Shown one piece after another: positions 26,045 to 38,790 of a stretch of 64,000 nucleotides of DNA. A program made the translations under genes and the position numbers. The notes under the pieces are model-generated. The model ran no database searches. It was given only the letters and a program-made list of their open reading frames with translations, and was not told the origin of the DNA. How positions within the stretch are numbered: the stretch's first letter is position 1; every line of letters begins with the position of its first letter. The stretch is from Anthoceros angustus. Its lineage: Eukaryota > Plantae > Anthocerotophyta. The stretch lies in contig MU008199.1 in the NCBI GenBank assembly GCA_010909165.1, positions 138,617 through 202,616 on the forward strand. The letters are read 5' to 3'.

Positions 26045-26599
26045 CGGTGTGGCTGGATGCATCCACATAATATTCCCCTACTGTACTCTACATGTAATGT
26101 TAGCTGTAACTGCACACCGCGAAATATGTGTATCTAGGATTGCAAGATCCCAGGAACCAACTCGTCCTATGAGCCCTTCTACTCGACTCACATGCCCTAG
26201 ACAGAGCATGAGTTTTTTATGCCTACAGATACCCTCGAGGAAATGGTAAATAATAAATGACGCGGGTCGGTCATTTTCCTTTACCTTTACTCCCCGGGGC
26301 ACAGGGTCGGCTCCTACCCTTACAGGTACAGGTTACAAGACCTTAGGAGCCAGGAAGGCCCAAGGAAGCTCAATGTTTCTATGTATCTATCGATGGATAG
26401 CTAGAATTCCATTCTAATAGTGCTACACCACCATGTGGTAAACTTGCTCCAATAAAGAAAGCCCCACGTAGGATCTCAGCGAGTGCAGCTGCCGGTATGT
26501 CATAGCAATCCTCTCGCAACAATGAGCGAGTGCAGCTGCCTAGATTCTTTTTTCTGCTGCAAATGAATCCTGTCCTTCGAAATACGGCCACGTTCTAAA

Positions 26600-27250
26600 C
26601 ACCCATCTCTTCTCTGTTTCGTATTTGTTTGGCAATGCAATACAAAGCCTGTGCAGCTCTCTTTCCCACCCAGATACTCCATCTGCTTCCTCTTCATCGT
26701 CTGAGCAACTTGTACAGCCAAAGTTAGCAACAGTAGCACATAACCACCTTCATCTTCATTCTAAGACCAGCTGTTTCAGCTTCGCATAAACAGCAGTGTC
26801 GGCTGTCGGGGCGCTCTTCATCCCTACCTGAAAACGCATGAACTACGTGTGCACTACACCACTCATATCAGTCCACCAGCTCTTGCCCGCCTCCAAGTTC
26901 CATGCACCCATTTCTTTTCGCCTGGCTTGAAGCTCCCATGCCTCAAGCTCCTCCCACATGTTGCCTTTCCCTGCATGGATGGTACATGCTAGACATCATG
27001 ACATTGTTCCACTTCCGACAAGCACCCAAGAGAGCATGCCAGACTGCGTTGTGTGACTCCACAGGCATCGTCCCCTCCACACGGTCTACAGCCTCCTCCA
27101 GATGGCCTGCACGACCCATGGCCGTAGTGATAGGAAGGTCCAGGCCATAGTGATCGATCAGTAGCCCCACATTACACCATACTCATATTGGTCGCATGGG
27201 TGTATGCAGCCCTTTCTCAAATTTCTCTCCAACAGCTCAAAGAGTAGTTC
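26600..27250 (-). pseudogene. PLS-class PPR (E/E+ region) remnant, copy 1
   Basis: MGRAGHLEEAVDRVEGTMPVESHNAVWHALLGACRKW plus degenerate VH.F.VG...VYAKLKQLVLEMK. Frames are broken. Confidence 0.7.
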
Positions 27251-27929
27251 ACTTTCTCCCAACCCAGTGTATCTGCATTCCAGGTGCGTTTGTTCCTTGA
27301 GGGCAATGAGGGAGGCGCCGGGAAGGCCTGTCCGATCATGCCATTAGTGACGTTTTAAATGCTCTAATCACATATCAGTTCTGTACATACATACGCCATG
27401 GCGTGGTCCACACCAAGGAGGAAAAGGCTACGGGAAAGCGCGCGTCTCGAGCGAAGTGCCACGTTTTCTCACCTACCCTAAAACTGCGGATGGAGCATCT
27501 TTTGTGATAAGGCTTGCCGAGGCCATCCGCAACAGAGAGCAACAATGGGGCTTCAGGATCAAAGCAGCCAGCAGAGATTGCCTCTTTGCAGAGGGAGCTG
27601 GAGGAGCTGCAGGTCCCGGCCAAACGGGCGGAGCGGGAATACGAGCTGCACTACGAATTGGCCAGGGATGCAAGTCGGCGTGGAGAGCAGGACTTGTCCG
27701 CTGCTCATATGCACTGGTGCACCAAGCACATACGGAGTTGGAGAATTCGGAACCGACACTCCTCCCTCAACAGCCGCTTGCTCAATAAAGAAAGCCCCAC
27801 GTAGGATCTCAGCGAGTGCAGCTGCCGGTATGTCATAGCAATCCTCTCGCAACAATGAGCGAGTGCAGCTGCCTAGATTCTTTTTCTGCTGCAAATGAAT
27901 CCTGTCCTTCGAAATACGGCCACGTTCTA

Positions 27930-28580
27930 AACACCCATCTCTTCTCTGTTTCGTATTTGTTTGGCAATGCAATACAAAGCCTGTGCAGCTCTCTTTCCCA
28001 CCCAGATACTCCATCTGCTTCCTCTTCATCGTCTGAGCAACTTGTACAGCCAAAGTTAGCAACAGTAGCACATAACCACCTTCATCTTCATTCTAAGACC
28101 AGCTGTTTCAGCTTCGCATAAACAGCAGTGTCGGCTGTCGGGGCGCTCTTCATCCCTACCTGAAAACGCATGAACTACGTGTGCACTACACCACTCATAT
28201 CAGTCCACCAGCTCTTGCCCGCCTCCAAGTTCCATGCACCCATTTCTTTTCGCCTGGCTTGAAGCTCCCATGCCTCAAGCTCCTCCCACATGTTGCCTTT
28301 CCCTGCATGGATGGTACATGCTAGACATCATGACATTGTTCCACTTCCGACAAGCACCCAAGAGAGCATGCCAGACTGCGTTGTGTGACTCCACAGGCAT
28401 CGTCCCCTCCACACGGTCTACAGCCTCCTCCAGATGGCCTGCACGACCCATGGCCGTAGTGATAGGAAGGTCCAGGCCATAGTGATCGATCAGTAGCCCC
28501 ACATTACACCATACTCATATTGGTCGCATGGGTGTATGCAGCCCTTTCTCAAATTTCTCTCCAACAGCTCAAAGAGTAGT
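27930..28580 (-). pseudogene. PLS-class PPR remnant, copy 2
   Basis: Same motifs as copy 1, within the tandem duplication. Confidence 0.7.
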
Positions 28581-28878
28581 TCACTTTCTCCCAACCCAGT
28601 GTATCTGCATTCCAGGTGCGTTTGTTCCTTGAGGGCAATGAGGGAGGCGCCGGGAAGGCCTGTCCGATCATGCCATTAGTGACGTTTTAAATGCTCTAAT
28701 CACATATCAGTTCTGTACATACATACGCCATGGCGTGGTCCACACCAAGGAGGAAAAGGCTACGGGGAAAGCGCGCGTCTCGAGCGAAGTGCCACGTTTT
28801 CTCACCTACCCTAAAACTGCGGGATGGAGCATCTTTTGTGATAAGGCTTGCCGAGGCCATCCGCAACAGAGAGCAACA

Positions 28879-29298
28879 ATGGGGGCTTCAGGATCAAAGC
28901 AGCCAGCAGAGATTGCCTCTTTGCAGAGGGAGCTGGAGGAGCTGCAGGTCCCGGCCAAACGGGCGGAGCGGGAATACGAGCTGCACTACGAATTGGCCAG
29001 GGATGCAAGTCGGCGTGGAGAGCAGGACTTGTCCGCTGCTCATATGCACTCGGTGCACCAAGCACATACGGAGTTGGAGAGAATTCGGAACCGACACTCC
29101 TCCCTCAACAGCCGCTTGCTCAATGTGGTTAGGGACGATAGATATGACGGAGACCAGAAGTTGGGATGGTTTGCCTGGTTCACAGGCCTGTTAGGCAATT
29201 TCCTGGCCACTCAATTGTTCCCTTTCCTGGTAGACTGCGCGAAGCAGCTCATTGGGTCCTTGAAGAACGGGCTTATCAGGCTGCTGCAGGCGGCGTAG
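28879..29298 (+). CDS. 139-aa protein with N-myristoylation motif, coiled coil and C-terminal amphipathic helix
   Basis: ATG at 28879 gives MGASGSK (MGxxxSK). Helical core LQRELEELQ…ELARDASRRGEQ and hydrophobic tail GWFAWFTGLLGNFLATQLFPFLV. A truncated copy lies at 27545-27786. Confidence 0.6.
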   Translation: MGASGSKQPAEIASLQRELEELQVPAKRAEREYELHYELARDASRRGEQDLSAAHMHSVHQAHTELERIRNRHSSLNSRLLNVVRDDRYDGDQKLGWFAWFTGLLGNFLATQLFPFLVDCAKQLIGSLKNGLIRLLQAA

Positions 29299-30042
29299 GC
29301 TAGCAGGGTGTTTGTTTCTATCTTGCTTGTTGGATCCCTCATGACTGAGGAAGCAACACTTGTATATTTGATTTGCATTTTGTGTCACCAGGGTTGTCAG
29401 TTTGTATGGGTGTTTGGCATCCTGTACTTGCGCAAATGTCTTTGATGGCTCGATTCTTCTAACTGTTTGTACTAAGGACAGCAAAGTGGAGCATGTACTT
29501 AACATGGGCTGGCAGAGAAAGCTGTGCACTTCATGAGGACACACCAATAAGGTTCTTGCTCCTAAGGTCTGGCTTTGGTTTGTCCAAGTGCTGTGAGGAA
29601 CTGCAATCAGTTGTAGCACTCCGTACTCCAAAAGAACTCACCCATGAGTGTATTGAGGTCTAGAAGTTTACGATTCTCAGAATTCTCCAAGAAAACACCT
29701 TGTTGATTCCGGATGCTGCGCAATGATTGAAATTTGTGTTGTTACACCTCCTTGTCGACAAAATAGTTTTTCCGGAGCTCGCCTTACTCTGTTTTCTATG
29801 TTGCCAAAATTCTGCCCATTCCATGTAGAGGAGCCGTCCTCTTAACTGGTGCCGGACGCCCCAGGGGGCGCTGCTTCTCTACGACCAAAGTATAGTTGGT
29901 GTGAGGAAATGGAACATTAGGAGCCATCCGCATGCCGTTACAATGATGGAGGTGGAGGCATGCTTAGCAGCACAGACCTTGAGCTTGGGGTTAGGTTAAC
30001 CAGTGAGCTTCCCTGGGCATGGAATCAAGCTCTCAGGAAGCA

Positions 30043-32640
30043 TCAAGCATTTGCACCCGCAGCATCATGACCCATGTTCCCCAAATTGGGCCCGGCTCCA
30101 AATCCCATGTGCCCCAGCAGCACCCAGATATGAGTGATGAACTCCCCGCCCTCCGTGAGCAGCTCCACATGCTCCTTGGGCTTCGCAGCCACGGCTATGG
30201 CGATGAGCAGGTCCGCCCACACATCCCCCAGCATCGCCCACATCTGGGCCCTCTTCTCCTTGTTGGAAGCAGGAAAGCTTTCATTCAACCGCACAGCAAG
30301 GATCCTCCCAGCCTTCCAGGGCTGGTGGGCGTACTGTCCCGGGCGCGGGTTGCCCAGCCAGCTCCTCAGGTCGCCGTAGCTAGCGTCCAGAAACGTCCTG
30401 GAAGCTTGAGTCCCCTGCGCCTGCGCCTGGCTCCATTGCCGGGTCCCGGGACTGGGAAGCTTAAGCTCGCGCTTGGTGCGCCAGAACACCTCCTTGGCCA
30501 GGGCGGCGTTGGACGGCAGCAACTGCGTCCGCTCCTTGAGCAGGTACAGAGTGTACCGCGACATGTACTGGGACATCTCCTTGTCCTCGGCGGCCTTGTG
30601 GGCGGTGGCATCCCTGGTACCCAGAAACGACTTCTTCAGCTCCCTGAACAGGATCTGGAACAGGCTTGCTTCCTGGAAGTCCGGCTTGCGGTTGATCTCG
30701 TGGGCCTCGCACAGGCTGGTGGCCACATGCCATGTGACTATGGCGTTCTCCAGGTCCGTGCTGCTGGCCCATGTGAAGTTGCTAGGATCCTGCTGGCCAC
30801 GGCCGTGGCCGTCGTTGTGAGTATGGTGATGGTGGCGGGAGAGTGTGTATCCGGCAACGGAGGCCATGGTGTCCTTCAGATCCTGCAGCTCCACCTCTCT
30901 TCTGGGCTCTTCTTGTTCTTGCCCTTCCTCACCTGGCCCAGGAGGTTGCACCTGTCGAACACCTTGCCTAATAGGAAGACCTTGAAGGCCCGCACCTTGG
31001 GCTCCGGGACGCTCTGCCTGTCGTCGAATTCCTCCTCTCGGACAGGGATCAAGGAGACCTGCCCAAATCGGTGCCTCCAGTACCTGGGCCTGAAGAGCCC
31101 GAAGAGCTTGAGGTTCACGACCGAGAGCAGGGCTAGGGCCGTGGCAGCCATGGCCTTGAACAGGAACATGCTCACGGATTGAGCATTTTCGTGGACAGAG
31201 GGTGGGTGTGGAGTGGAAGCTGTTGCAGCTTCCTGTGCTGCCTGCTTCCGATGACATACATGCAGGTTAGCCAGACTCTGGTCCAGTCTGTGAGGGTGAG
31301 CCTCGCCAGCTGCAACACCTCCACCAGGATGACGGAGGCGAACAGGACCCATGTCACTCCTCCAGCCACGCCCGCCAGCTGCAGATCCTTGTCCCATTGC
31401 TTGAAGAACACCACAGCGCATATGATGATGACGACGAGGGACCCGACTCGGGAGAGTGGGCCGAACCACGTGTATGCTGTGCCTGAGGATTTGGTGAAGA
31501 TGCTGTCGAACATGAAGCGGAGCTCCATGTCCAGGACGTCGACGAGCCTTTCCCTTGGAGGTTCTGCAGGTTTCTGGGACGGATCTTGGAGTTCTGCTGA
31601 GGATGATGGTCCCCACAGCGAGTTGAAGAAGTTTCTGATGTTCTCGTTTCTCCACTCGTACATGTGCAGGCCTGTGAGCCGTCTGCGGAACATCTTGAAG
31701 AGAGCAAAGGCTATGCAGATGTCCACCACGTTCCTGCCGTTGCCTGGAGTCTGCCGCTCAAGTGCTTCCCTGTGCTCTCCATCCAAAAGGTCTGAGACCA
31801 TGACCACCGCGCAGGGCTCTCTGATCTTGCGTTGCAGTGCCTGCCTCGTCGGTCTCGGGCCCCTGCACAGGGAAACTTGGAGACAGGCAGCGGAACAGGC
31901 TCTTGAGCCACTTCTGTTCCCGCAAGGATTCCAGGACCTGGTGATACCATTTCTGAGTGTCGAAGGCGTGATCGTATGCTCGCTTCTCTCCTAGTATGAA
32001 GTAATTGTACTGTGGACCAGATCCGCGAGGTACATGCTCGTACTGCATCAATTTGTAAAGAGGGCGGGCCGCCTTGTCCAGATGGTGCTCGGAAGCATGG
32101 CGCAGAGCCAGAGTCCGCTCTCCGTACTTCACCGTTCCCACTGCAGCCAGAAACAGGCTGATCCGAGAACGGTGCCGTGTGCTGAGGAGAACACTACATA
32201 GAAAGCCGTGACCACCTGTACCGCCATTTGCATCACGAGTTCAACATCGGCATGCTGGACGAAATGGGGAATGGAGAAGGATGTTGGAACCAAACCTGGA
32301 AGAACATCTGAAAGCCATGCCTCTTCCAGAGCTCCGCATCTGCTATGGAGTAGGCACTGATGTTGTCAGGCCCTCCCAGGTGGAACAGCAGGATGGCAGC
32401 CCAGAGCCCGTAAACCTGCTTCCGTTCGTCACACAACTTCCCCAACGCTCCCAGGGTGTAGACAGCCACTGCATCAGCCGTGTTGTAGGCCAGCCAAGAG
32501 ACAGCTTGCAGAGTTCTATACCACTTCCGGGCGCCCCCTGTGGAGATCTGCACCAGCTGCAGAACCATGCTGGTGATCATCAGCGTGGGCAACATCCAAG
32601 AAGACTTGATCTCCTCCCAGGCAGTGGATGCGACAGGCAC
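30043..32640 (-). CDS. DUF4220 + DUF594 membrane protein (three apparent frameshifts: pseudogene or sequencing errors)
   Basis: WLAYNTADAVAVYTLG, LWAAILLFHLGGPDNISAYSIADAELWKRH, GTVKYGERTLALR, ELRFMFDSIFTK, AIVTWHVATSLC, MSRYTLYLL and VWADLLIAIA..EHVELLTEGGEFITHIWVLLGHMG. Frame changes near 31815, 31210 and 30900. Confidence 0.9.
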
Positions 32641-33249
32641 GGCGGGCGCTTGGCTGAAATCCGAGGCAAGTACTGCAACACCAAGGCAGCAATCACAACC
32701 ACTCCCTTGGCTCCCAGAGATGTTCTACTTGTGCTGCTTCTCATCCTGTTGGCCATACTCCACAACCCAGATTTCTGAGCCCTGGTCTCGTCATCGGAAT
32801 GAGACCCCATTTCTTGATACGCTGAGCCCAAACTACCTTCACCTGACTCCTGGCTATCACAAATGGCTCCATCCCCTTCACATACACTTACACTGCCTCC
32901 TTCACCGGCACCACCTCCGGATGAGCAAACCTGCCTGATGCTGGGATACAGAACTTGGACTCTATGCTTGGCCCTGGCACTGGAGATGCTACACACTCTG
33001 CCTCTGTAGATGGAACTCATCTTCCTCCTCCTGTAGCCTCCATTGTGACATCCACTCCTCAACCTCTCAGCGTGCTCTGGATTGGTCGATTCCTGCTCCT
33101 GCCAACCCACCAAGCTGGGTTCCCCTGCCAATCCCTCGCTTCCATCAGACTCTGCAGGGTGATCCTTCCCATCACCCATTACCACACACCGTCACGATCC
33201 GCAAAAGCTCTCGCCGCCAGCAGCGTAAATCTTACGACAACGAGGGAAT

Positions 33250-33980
33250 GTGTCTCTTCGGATCGTGAGATGGGCACAGGATTCATAATCAGAAAGCGTG
33301 GCTTTGGGAAGCCCCCATCGCCAATTACACTACATCCGTTCAAAGCGAAACCATCGGGAAGAGTGGCAACAGTCCCGCGGCTTCCCTTCCAACAGTCGAG
33401 CAACTTGCACCCGAATTGAGCACGTGCCACAGCAACTTGTCAAATCTTCCACCCGAAGTCAGCACGTGTACCTGGTCCCACGGAGCCAGTCTGTACCTCT
33501 CTGGAGAAAACAAATGTATACGATTTTTTAACTTTTGAAGGCAAATCACGTCCTTTGGTCCATATCCCAGTGGAACCGGTAGGCCTAAATATCGGTTCGC
33601 CAGGGTACGGCCTGGCGAACCGACATGCCATGCCATGACCATGGCCTTCCTCCGTAGATATTTCGGTCATCTTGAGAGACAAGTGCAAACCGCTGAAACC
33701 TCTGGAATTCGGCAGGCTGCCAGGGAGGAAGCCACCACCGTGACCGCTGAACGCAAAGCGAATCAAGTCTGCAACCCCCGGGTCAAGGCGGGCCGAATTT
33801 CTCACTTGCTGCAGCAAGTTGCTGCTCGTTTTTCCACTAATTTGGTTCCCTTGCCCATAGCTATGAGCGGCAACACCACTAGCGATGGAGCCACTCAACA
33901 TCCTCACACACGTGAACCGTACCCAAAGTTTGGATCCAGGAAAGATGACAAAGTCGATGCTGAAAGTTTTGTGCTAGGGT
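33250..33980 (-). mobile_element. Highly degenerate L1-type LINE reverse transcriptase remnant
   Basis: FSGLHLSLKMT followed by RYLGLPV…LQKLKNRIHLF resembles the L1 RT thumb region. Confidence 0.4.
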
Positions 33981-33983
33981 CTC

Positions 33984-34445
33984 TGATCGTTCGTCCCTGC
34001 ACACACCACCACACAATAGGGTCTGTCACCAGGACCTTGATTAATCTCTCCGGGGCTGTCGTGCCTGCTCAGTGACTCAGGACTCACGTTAGCAAAGACG
34101 CATAAGGGTCTACAAGAAAACGCGGTATCCACCCCAAGAAAAAGATGCTTTACTAGAGCAGCTCCGGCCCTCTTATACTACGCCCAAGGGCGGCGTCTTT
34201 ATTACACTCCTATTACAGTGGTGGCCCAATCCCTAGCCACCGCCTACTACCCCCTCTTCCGCCTATCTCCGCTCGTGGCTGGGAGTGCCCTTGTTCGCCT
34301 CGGTGGCCCAATCCCTAGCCAGCAGTTCAGGCGCACCCAATCGGATGATCCGCGAGGCGGGGCCCCTTCCCCTTCCCAAGACTCTGTCAGGTTGAGCTAC
34401 CAGCGGCGGTCTGACAACCGCGGTAACCACCACATCCCCCTCTCC
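33984..34445 (-). mobile_element. 3' LTR of a Gypsy-type element with PPT
   Basis: The minus strand reads GAGAGGGGGA|TGTGGTGG… ending …GATCA (TG…CA, ~451 bp). About 140 bp is shared, inverted, with 57490-57630. Confidence 0.6.
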
Positions 34446-34635
34446 GTCCTCTCCTGACCTCCGAGTGGGTCCCTGCTCTGTGGGACCACCAGGTGGCTGC
34501 TCCGCCTGAGCAGGTCGGTGGTGATTCCCCGCTGCCCTCGTCCCCGAACAGCGCTACTAAGGCCCCGGTGGCTGTGCTATCCCCGGGACCTTCATCTCCT
34601 CCCCCTCCTTCTGATCCATCCGGAGGTCCGTCGAT

Positions 34636-37260
34636 TCAACGGGGTTGGCTCAGGACCTCCAAGGCCTTGAGGAGTTCGGCGTGGTAGTAGGCAAAGTCTG
34701 AATCGACTTGTTGGATTGCCTCTTCCACATGCGCCCGGAGCACCCGGTACTCCCTTCTCCAGAGATGCTCCGGCAGTTGGGCGTGCTGACCGGCTTGCTG
34801 GGCCATCTCTATCGCCAGACCCGCCAACTGAAACTGGGCAGAATCTCTTGAGGCTGCCAAAGATGCCTCCGCCTTCTTGGCCGCTAGCTCCTTCTCCATC
34901 TCTATCGCCACCCGGCTAGCTTCAGCCATGGCGCAACGCGTTCTCCTTCCGCCTTCCTTTGGACCAGCAACCGCCTACTTCGAGCTCTTGCCCCCATTCA
35001 TCCTGGCTTGAAGCTCCGCCATCTCCCTTCCCAGGCGGTCCGGCAGCTCCGCCCGACTCATTGCTTCATCCAAGTCCTTCTCCATTTCGGCGACGTCCTG
35101 CTCCTTGTTCCGTCGCCGCACCTCTTCCGCCCTCCAACAGAGCTGGAGCCGCTCTATCTCCCGTTCGTGGTCTGCGATTACACCCTAGAGGGCTCCGTTC
35201 TGCTCAATCGTTTCTTGGAGCTGCAGCTCCAAGGTCTCCTTGCGGTCCTCCATCTCCTGTCGCCGCTCCTCCGTCCCTCGCGGTGTGCTGAGATCCTCCA
35301 TCTCCGGTTGCTGCCTCCGCCGCTCCTCCGCCCTCGTCCCGAGCCCTCTCCGCCTTCTTCTTGGGCCGCCTCCACCTTTGCTTGGGCCTCCGCCGCTCCT
35401 CCGCCTCCCTCCACCGGTTCGATCCAAAGTGGTCCCGGCTTTTAGCTGCCCGGCCTCCGTGCCCCCTTCACCTCAGCCTCCCAGGCTTGGTGTTGCTCCT
35501 GCCAAGCCGTCTCGGCCAGGTCCCGAGCCCTCTCCGCCTGTCTTTGGGCCTCCTCCAGCTCCCTTTGAGCTACTTCCCTCCGTTTGCAAAGGTGCTCCAC
35601 CTTTGCTTGGGCCTCCTGCGCCTGCTTTAGCTGTTCGCACAGCTGAAGGATCTTGGCCCGATCTTGTTGAACGGACATGACCTCACTCTTCGCCACCCGG
35701 CGCTGCTCCTCCTTGATTCTCGTGAGGGACTCCGCCTTCTTCTTGGCCGCTTGGGCCGCCTCCACCTGACCCTGGAGCAGCACCATTCGTCTCCTGGTGG
35801 CCTCCACTTCCTGGGTCTTCTCTGCCGTTCCGCAAAGACCCTAGAGCATGCCGTCCATGACGGTTGCCAACACCCGCTGTGTCTCCTCCACGGCCACCAC
35901 TGGGGAGGCACCCAGGAATTCCGTTGTGGGCGCGGGCATCTCTCGATCCGTTAAGGACCGCCATACTGTAGACCGGAGGGAGTCCGGACTGGGCTCTCCG
36001 GACCTAATCAGGACCCTCAGGTTCTGAGTGTTCTGATCTGAACCTTCCACCTCCTTGGCCCTTTTGGCCGCTAGCTCCTTCTCCGCCCTTCTTCGCTTGG
36101 GTCTCGGAGGTGGTGAGGGGGTCCTGGAGCTCACTCTCTTACCTCTACCAGTCGGGGACAGGACTGGCTCAGGGTGCGGTTGCTGCCAGTGGCCTCCTGC
36201 TCCTTGGGCAGCATCTCGCTCTGCCCTTCTGACGGCCTCCTCCGCCTCCTGCCACTCCGTAGGCAGGGGTAGGGGAACCGGTGCGGTCCTGGGTGCCTCG
36301 TTGGTGGGGGCCGACTTCCGCCTCTTGGCCACCTTCTTCGTCCGGCGAGGCTCAGCGGTGGGCTGCTGATTGGCTGGCGCCGCGACCGCCAGCTCCCTTC
36401 CTTTGGGCGCTCCTTCCTGCGCAGGGTGCTCCGCTGAAGGAACCAAAAGAAAGGAGGCGAGAATGTCTTCCCACACTTCCCGGGGTGGTGAGGGGGTCCG
36501 TTCCAGTCGTATGGAGTCCGGAATTCCCTCCCAATCATCTTCCTCCCGGGCCCGCTTGGCCTTAGGAGGACGGGCCTCCGCCTCCGGCCCTCTTCCTCCG
36601 GGCCCGCTTGGCCTTAGGAGGACGGGCCTCCGCCTTGGCCACCTTCCCGGAGCGCTCGTCCTCTTCCTCCTGAAGGAGGTTGAGGTGCCCCATACATGGA
36701 TGAGGAATGGCGACAACGCCGAGGGAGGCGGCTTCTCACTCTACAGCTTCCTCGCCTCCTGGTCGATCCGGGCGAAGATAATTCTCCCCCAGTCGGCCCT
36801 CTTCCCTCTCTGTAGGGCGTGGAGGAACACCAGAAGGTTATCACCAAGGTGGTCCACCTTGGTGAGCATGTTCCAATGGACGATAACCTTCGCCACCGCC
36901 CTCACCCGCCTATCTAGCAGGTCCAACATCAACCAGCCGTTGGAGGACCGTTGCATCCCCGGCCTCAATAGCGCCGCCCTTGCCGCTTCTACCTTCCCCC
37001 TCACCTTGAGGGGCTCCGGGACTACGCCCCCAATTTCTTCAACTGGGCGGTTGTAAACCGCCCTCAGGACCTCCACGGTCCACCTCCTGGGGTCCTCCCT
37101 CAGGCTCTTGGAGCGGACCTCCTTGTTGGCCACCGCCAACATCTTCCGAGCGTACTCTCGGACCAGAGTGACGCTAACAAAAGTCCAAACAGCCCCTTCT
37201 TGGGCCCCATTGCTGTGTTCGCGTTGTTCGGCTGCTGAGGGTGGAGGCTTCGCAACTCTC
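34636..37260 (-). mobile_element. Degenerate extra (env-like) ORF of an Athila/Tat-type LTR retrotransposon
   Basis: GKRADWGRIIFARIDQE…SALSPFLIHVW motif followed by a Pro/Arg-rich linker and a long Glu/Ala/Arg coiled coil. It lies directly upstream of the PPT/LTR and carries stops and frameshifts. Confidence 0.55.
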
Positions 37261-38790
37261 CGTTCTCTCGTCGCTAAGTCAATCGCTCCAGTCGCAAAGA
37301 CGAGCTATTCGCAAGGATGCTCGAGCGCTTGAAGAGAAAACGCCAGAGAGCGGGGTGTCTTAGCGCGAGAGAGTGCGAAAACCGCCACGAGGTTGCCTGA
37401 AAGAATGACCTTCGCTCGGGGTGGCGGCGTCGAGGAATGGCGCGGATGGGCGTCACGCAGAATCGCTGTGAGGCCATAGCTTATTTAGCCTTGCGCCACA
37501 GATTTAGCTCTTACGCGTGATTCTAGCCTTTACTGGCGCCTACCTGGAGTGAATACGCCATAACGCCATCGGCAACCCTACGGTCTGGTCCCTTTGCATG
37601 CTGTCCACCTCTCAAGACCGCCACGTGGCTCCATCGGCCCAAAATACGCTCCCAACTCCCAAGTTACTTTACTTGGCGTACTTATCCCGACTTACTCCGG
37701 AGTGTAGTCCGGACTTATGATGTACTACGCGATCAGATCCGCTCCGAGTGCGGTCCGAGCCTCCACCTACCGGTGTAGTCCGGAGGACTCCGGCCTTATT
37801 TCTCCCTTTCCGCCTCATTTTCTACTCCACACTTACGAAAAAAACAAAACCTAGCTCATTACCTACCAAAGGGAAGAGTCCGTAACCCACACATCCCGAC
37901 CGACCAGTCCAACACCCGTCGGACCTGTTCGGGCCCTAACGGACCCAAGGTTTAGGGATTGCACTCTAAGTGCAATCTGGCCAAAACGGCCTTATTGGAT
38001 AACTCCTCCCTATCCCTATTAAAAGTAACGACTTAAAAAAAAACAAAACAAGCCTAAAACAAGTCTCCAGGAGTAGGGACATCGGATTTGGCACTCCAGG
38101 ACAAAGAAGGCAACCACGACAATACATCCAGAGTGCACGAAGATCCTTGTGCCCAAACCGCCGTAAGCCATACATGCTGACGTTGATCACAGCTACCTTA
38201 GCAGGTAACCATGATGCACTATTGGTAGAAGTTGAAGAGAACGAATTCGAATTTCAGAGCCTGCAGGAGAACTTAAGAAGCTTGAAGCTATCAACATGGT
38301 ACTTGACATCCAGAAGACAGCATCTGTGTGGTCTAATTTTGTGAAGCATGTGAAGAGTGCAAAGAAGGAGCCTGAAACACTCTACCCTCCTAAAGCCTGT
38401 AGGACACCCCTGCCGACTGAAACAGTTGTTCATCTTCAACCAGTCGAGCAGGACTTGGAGGGTGGCGAATAGGAGCAAGCAAAAGTTGATATACCTGCTG
38501 AGGAGAAGCAGCATCAGCATCTTCCTCATGATGCTGTGACTGAGGAAGATGCTGTGACTGAGGAAGATGCTGATATCATTCCTCCGGAATATCAAGATTT
38601 GGACATAAAGTGCTCTAGGGGACCCAGGAGGAAAAGGGTGCACGATGTCCATCACGAAGTGCTTGCTGCCCACATCCATCCTTCAGGTAAGCTGTCTTCA
38701 ATGTTTGACTGGCTTTTATAGTTTCCAAGCATGAAACTGCAAGCAAAGTTGAAAGAGGAGCAAGCAAAGTTGAAAGAGGAGCAAGCAAAG

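Larger units (their letters stand above)
26443..29124. repeat. ~1.33-kb tandem segmental duplication
   Basis: Identical ORFs at 26902 and 28234 (period 1332). Junction microhomology CTTGCTC(C)AAT at 26443, 27777 and 29115. Confidence 0.95.

Noticed and set aside
30019-31994. Long plus-strand ORFs of 387 and 271 aa
   Set aside because: Antisense shadows of the GC-rich DUF4220/DUF594 gene.
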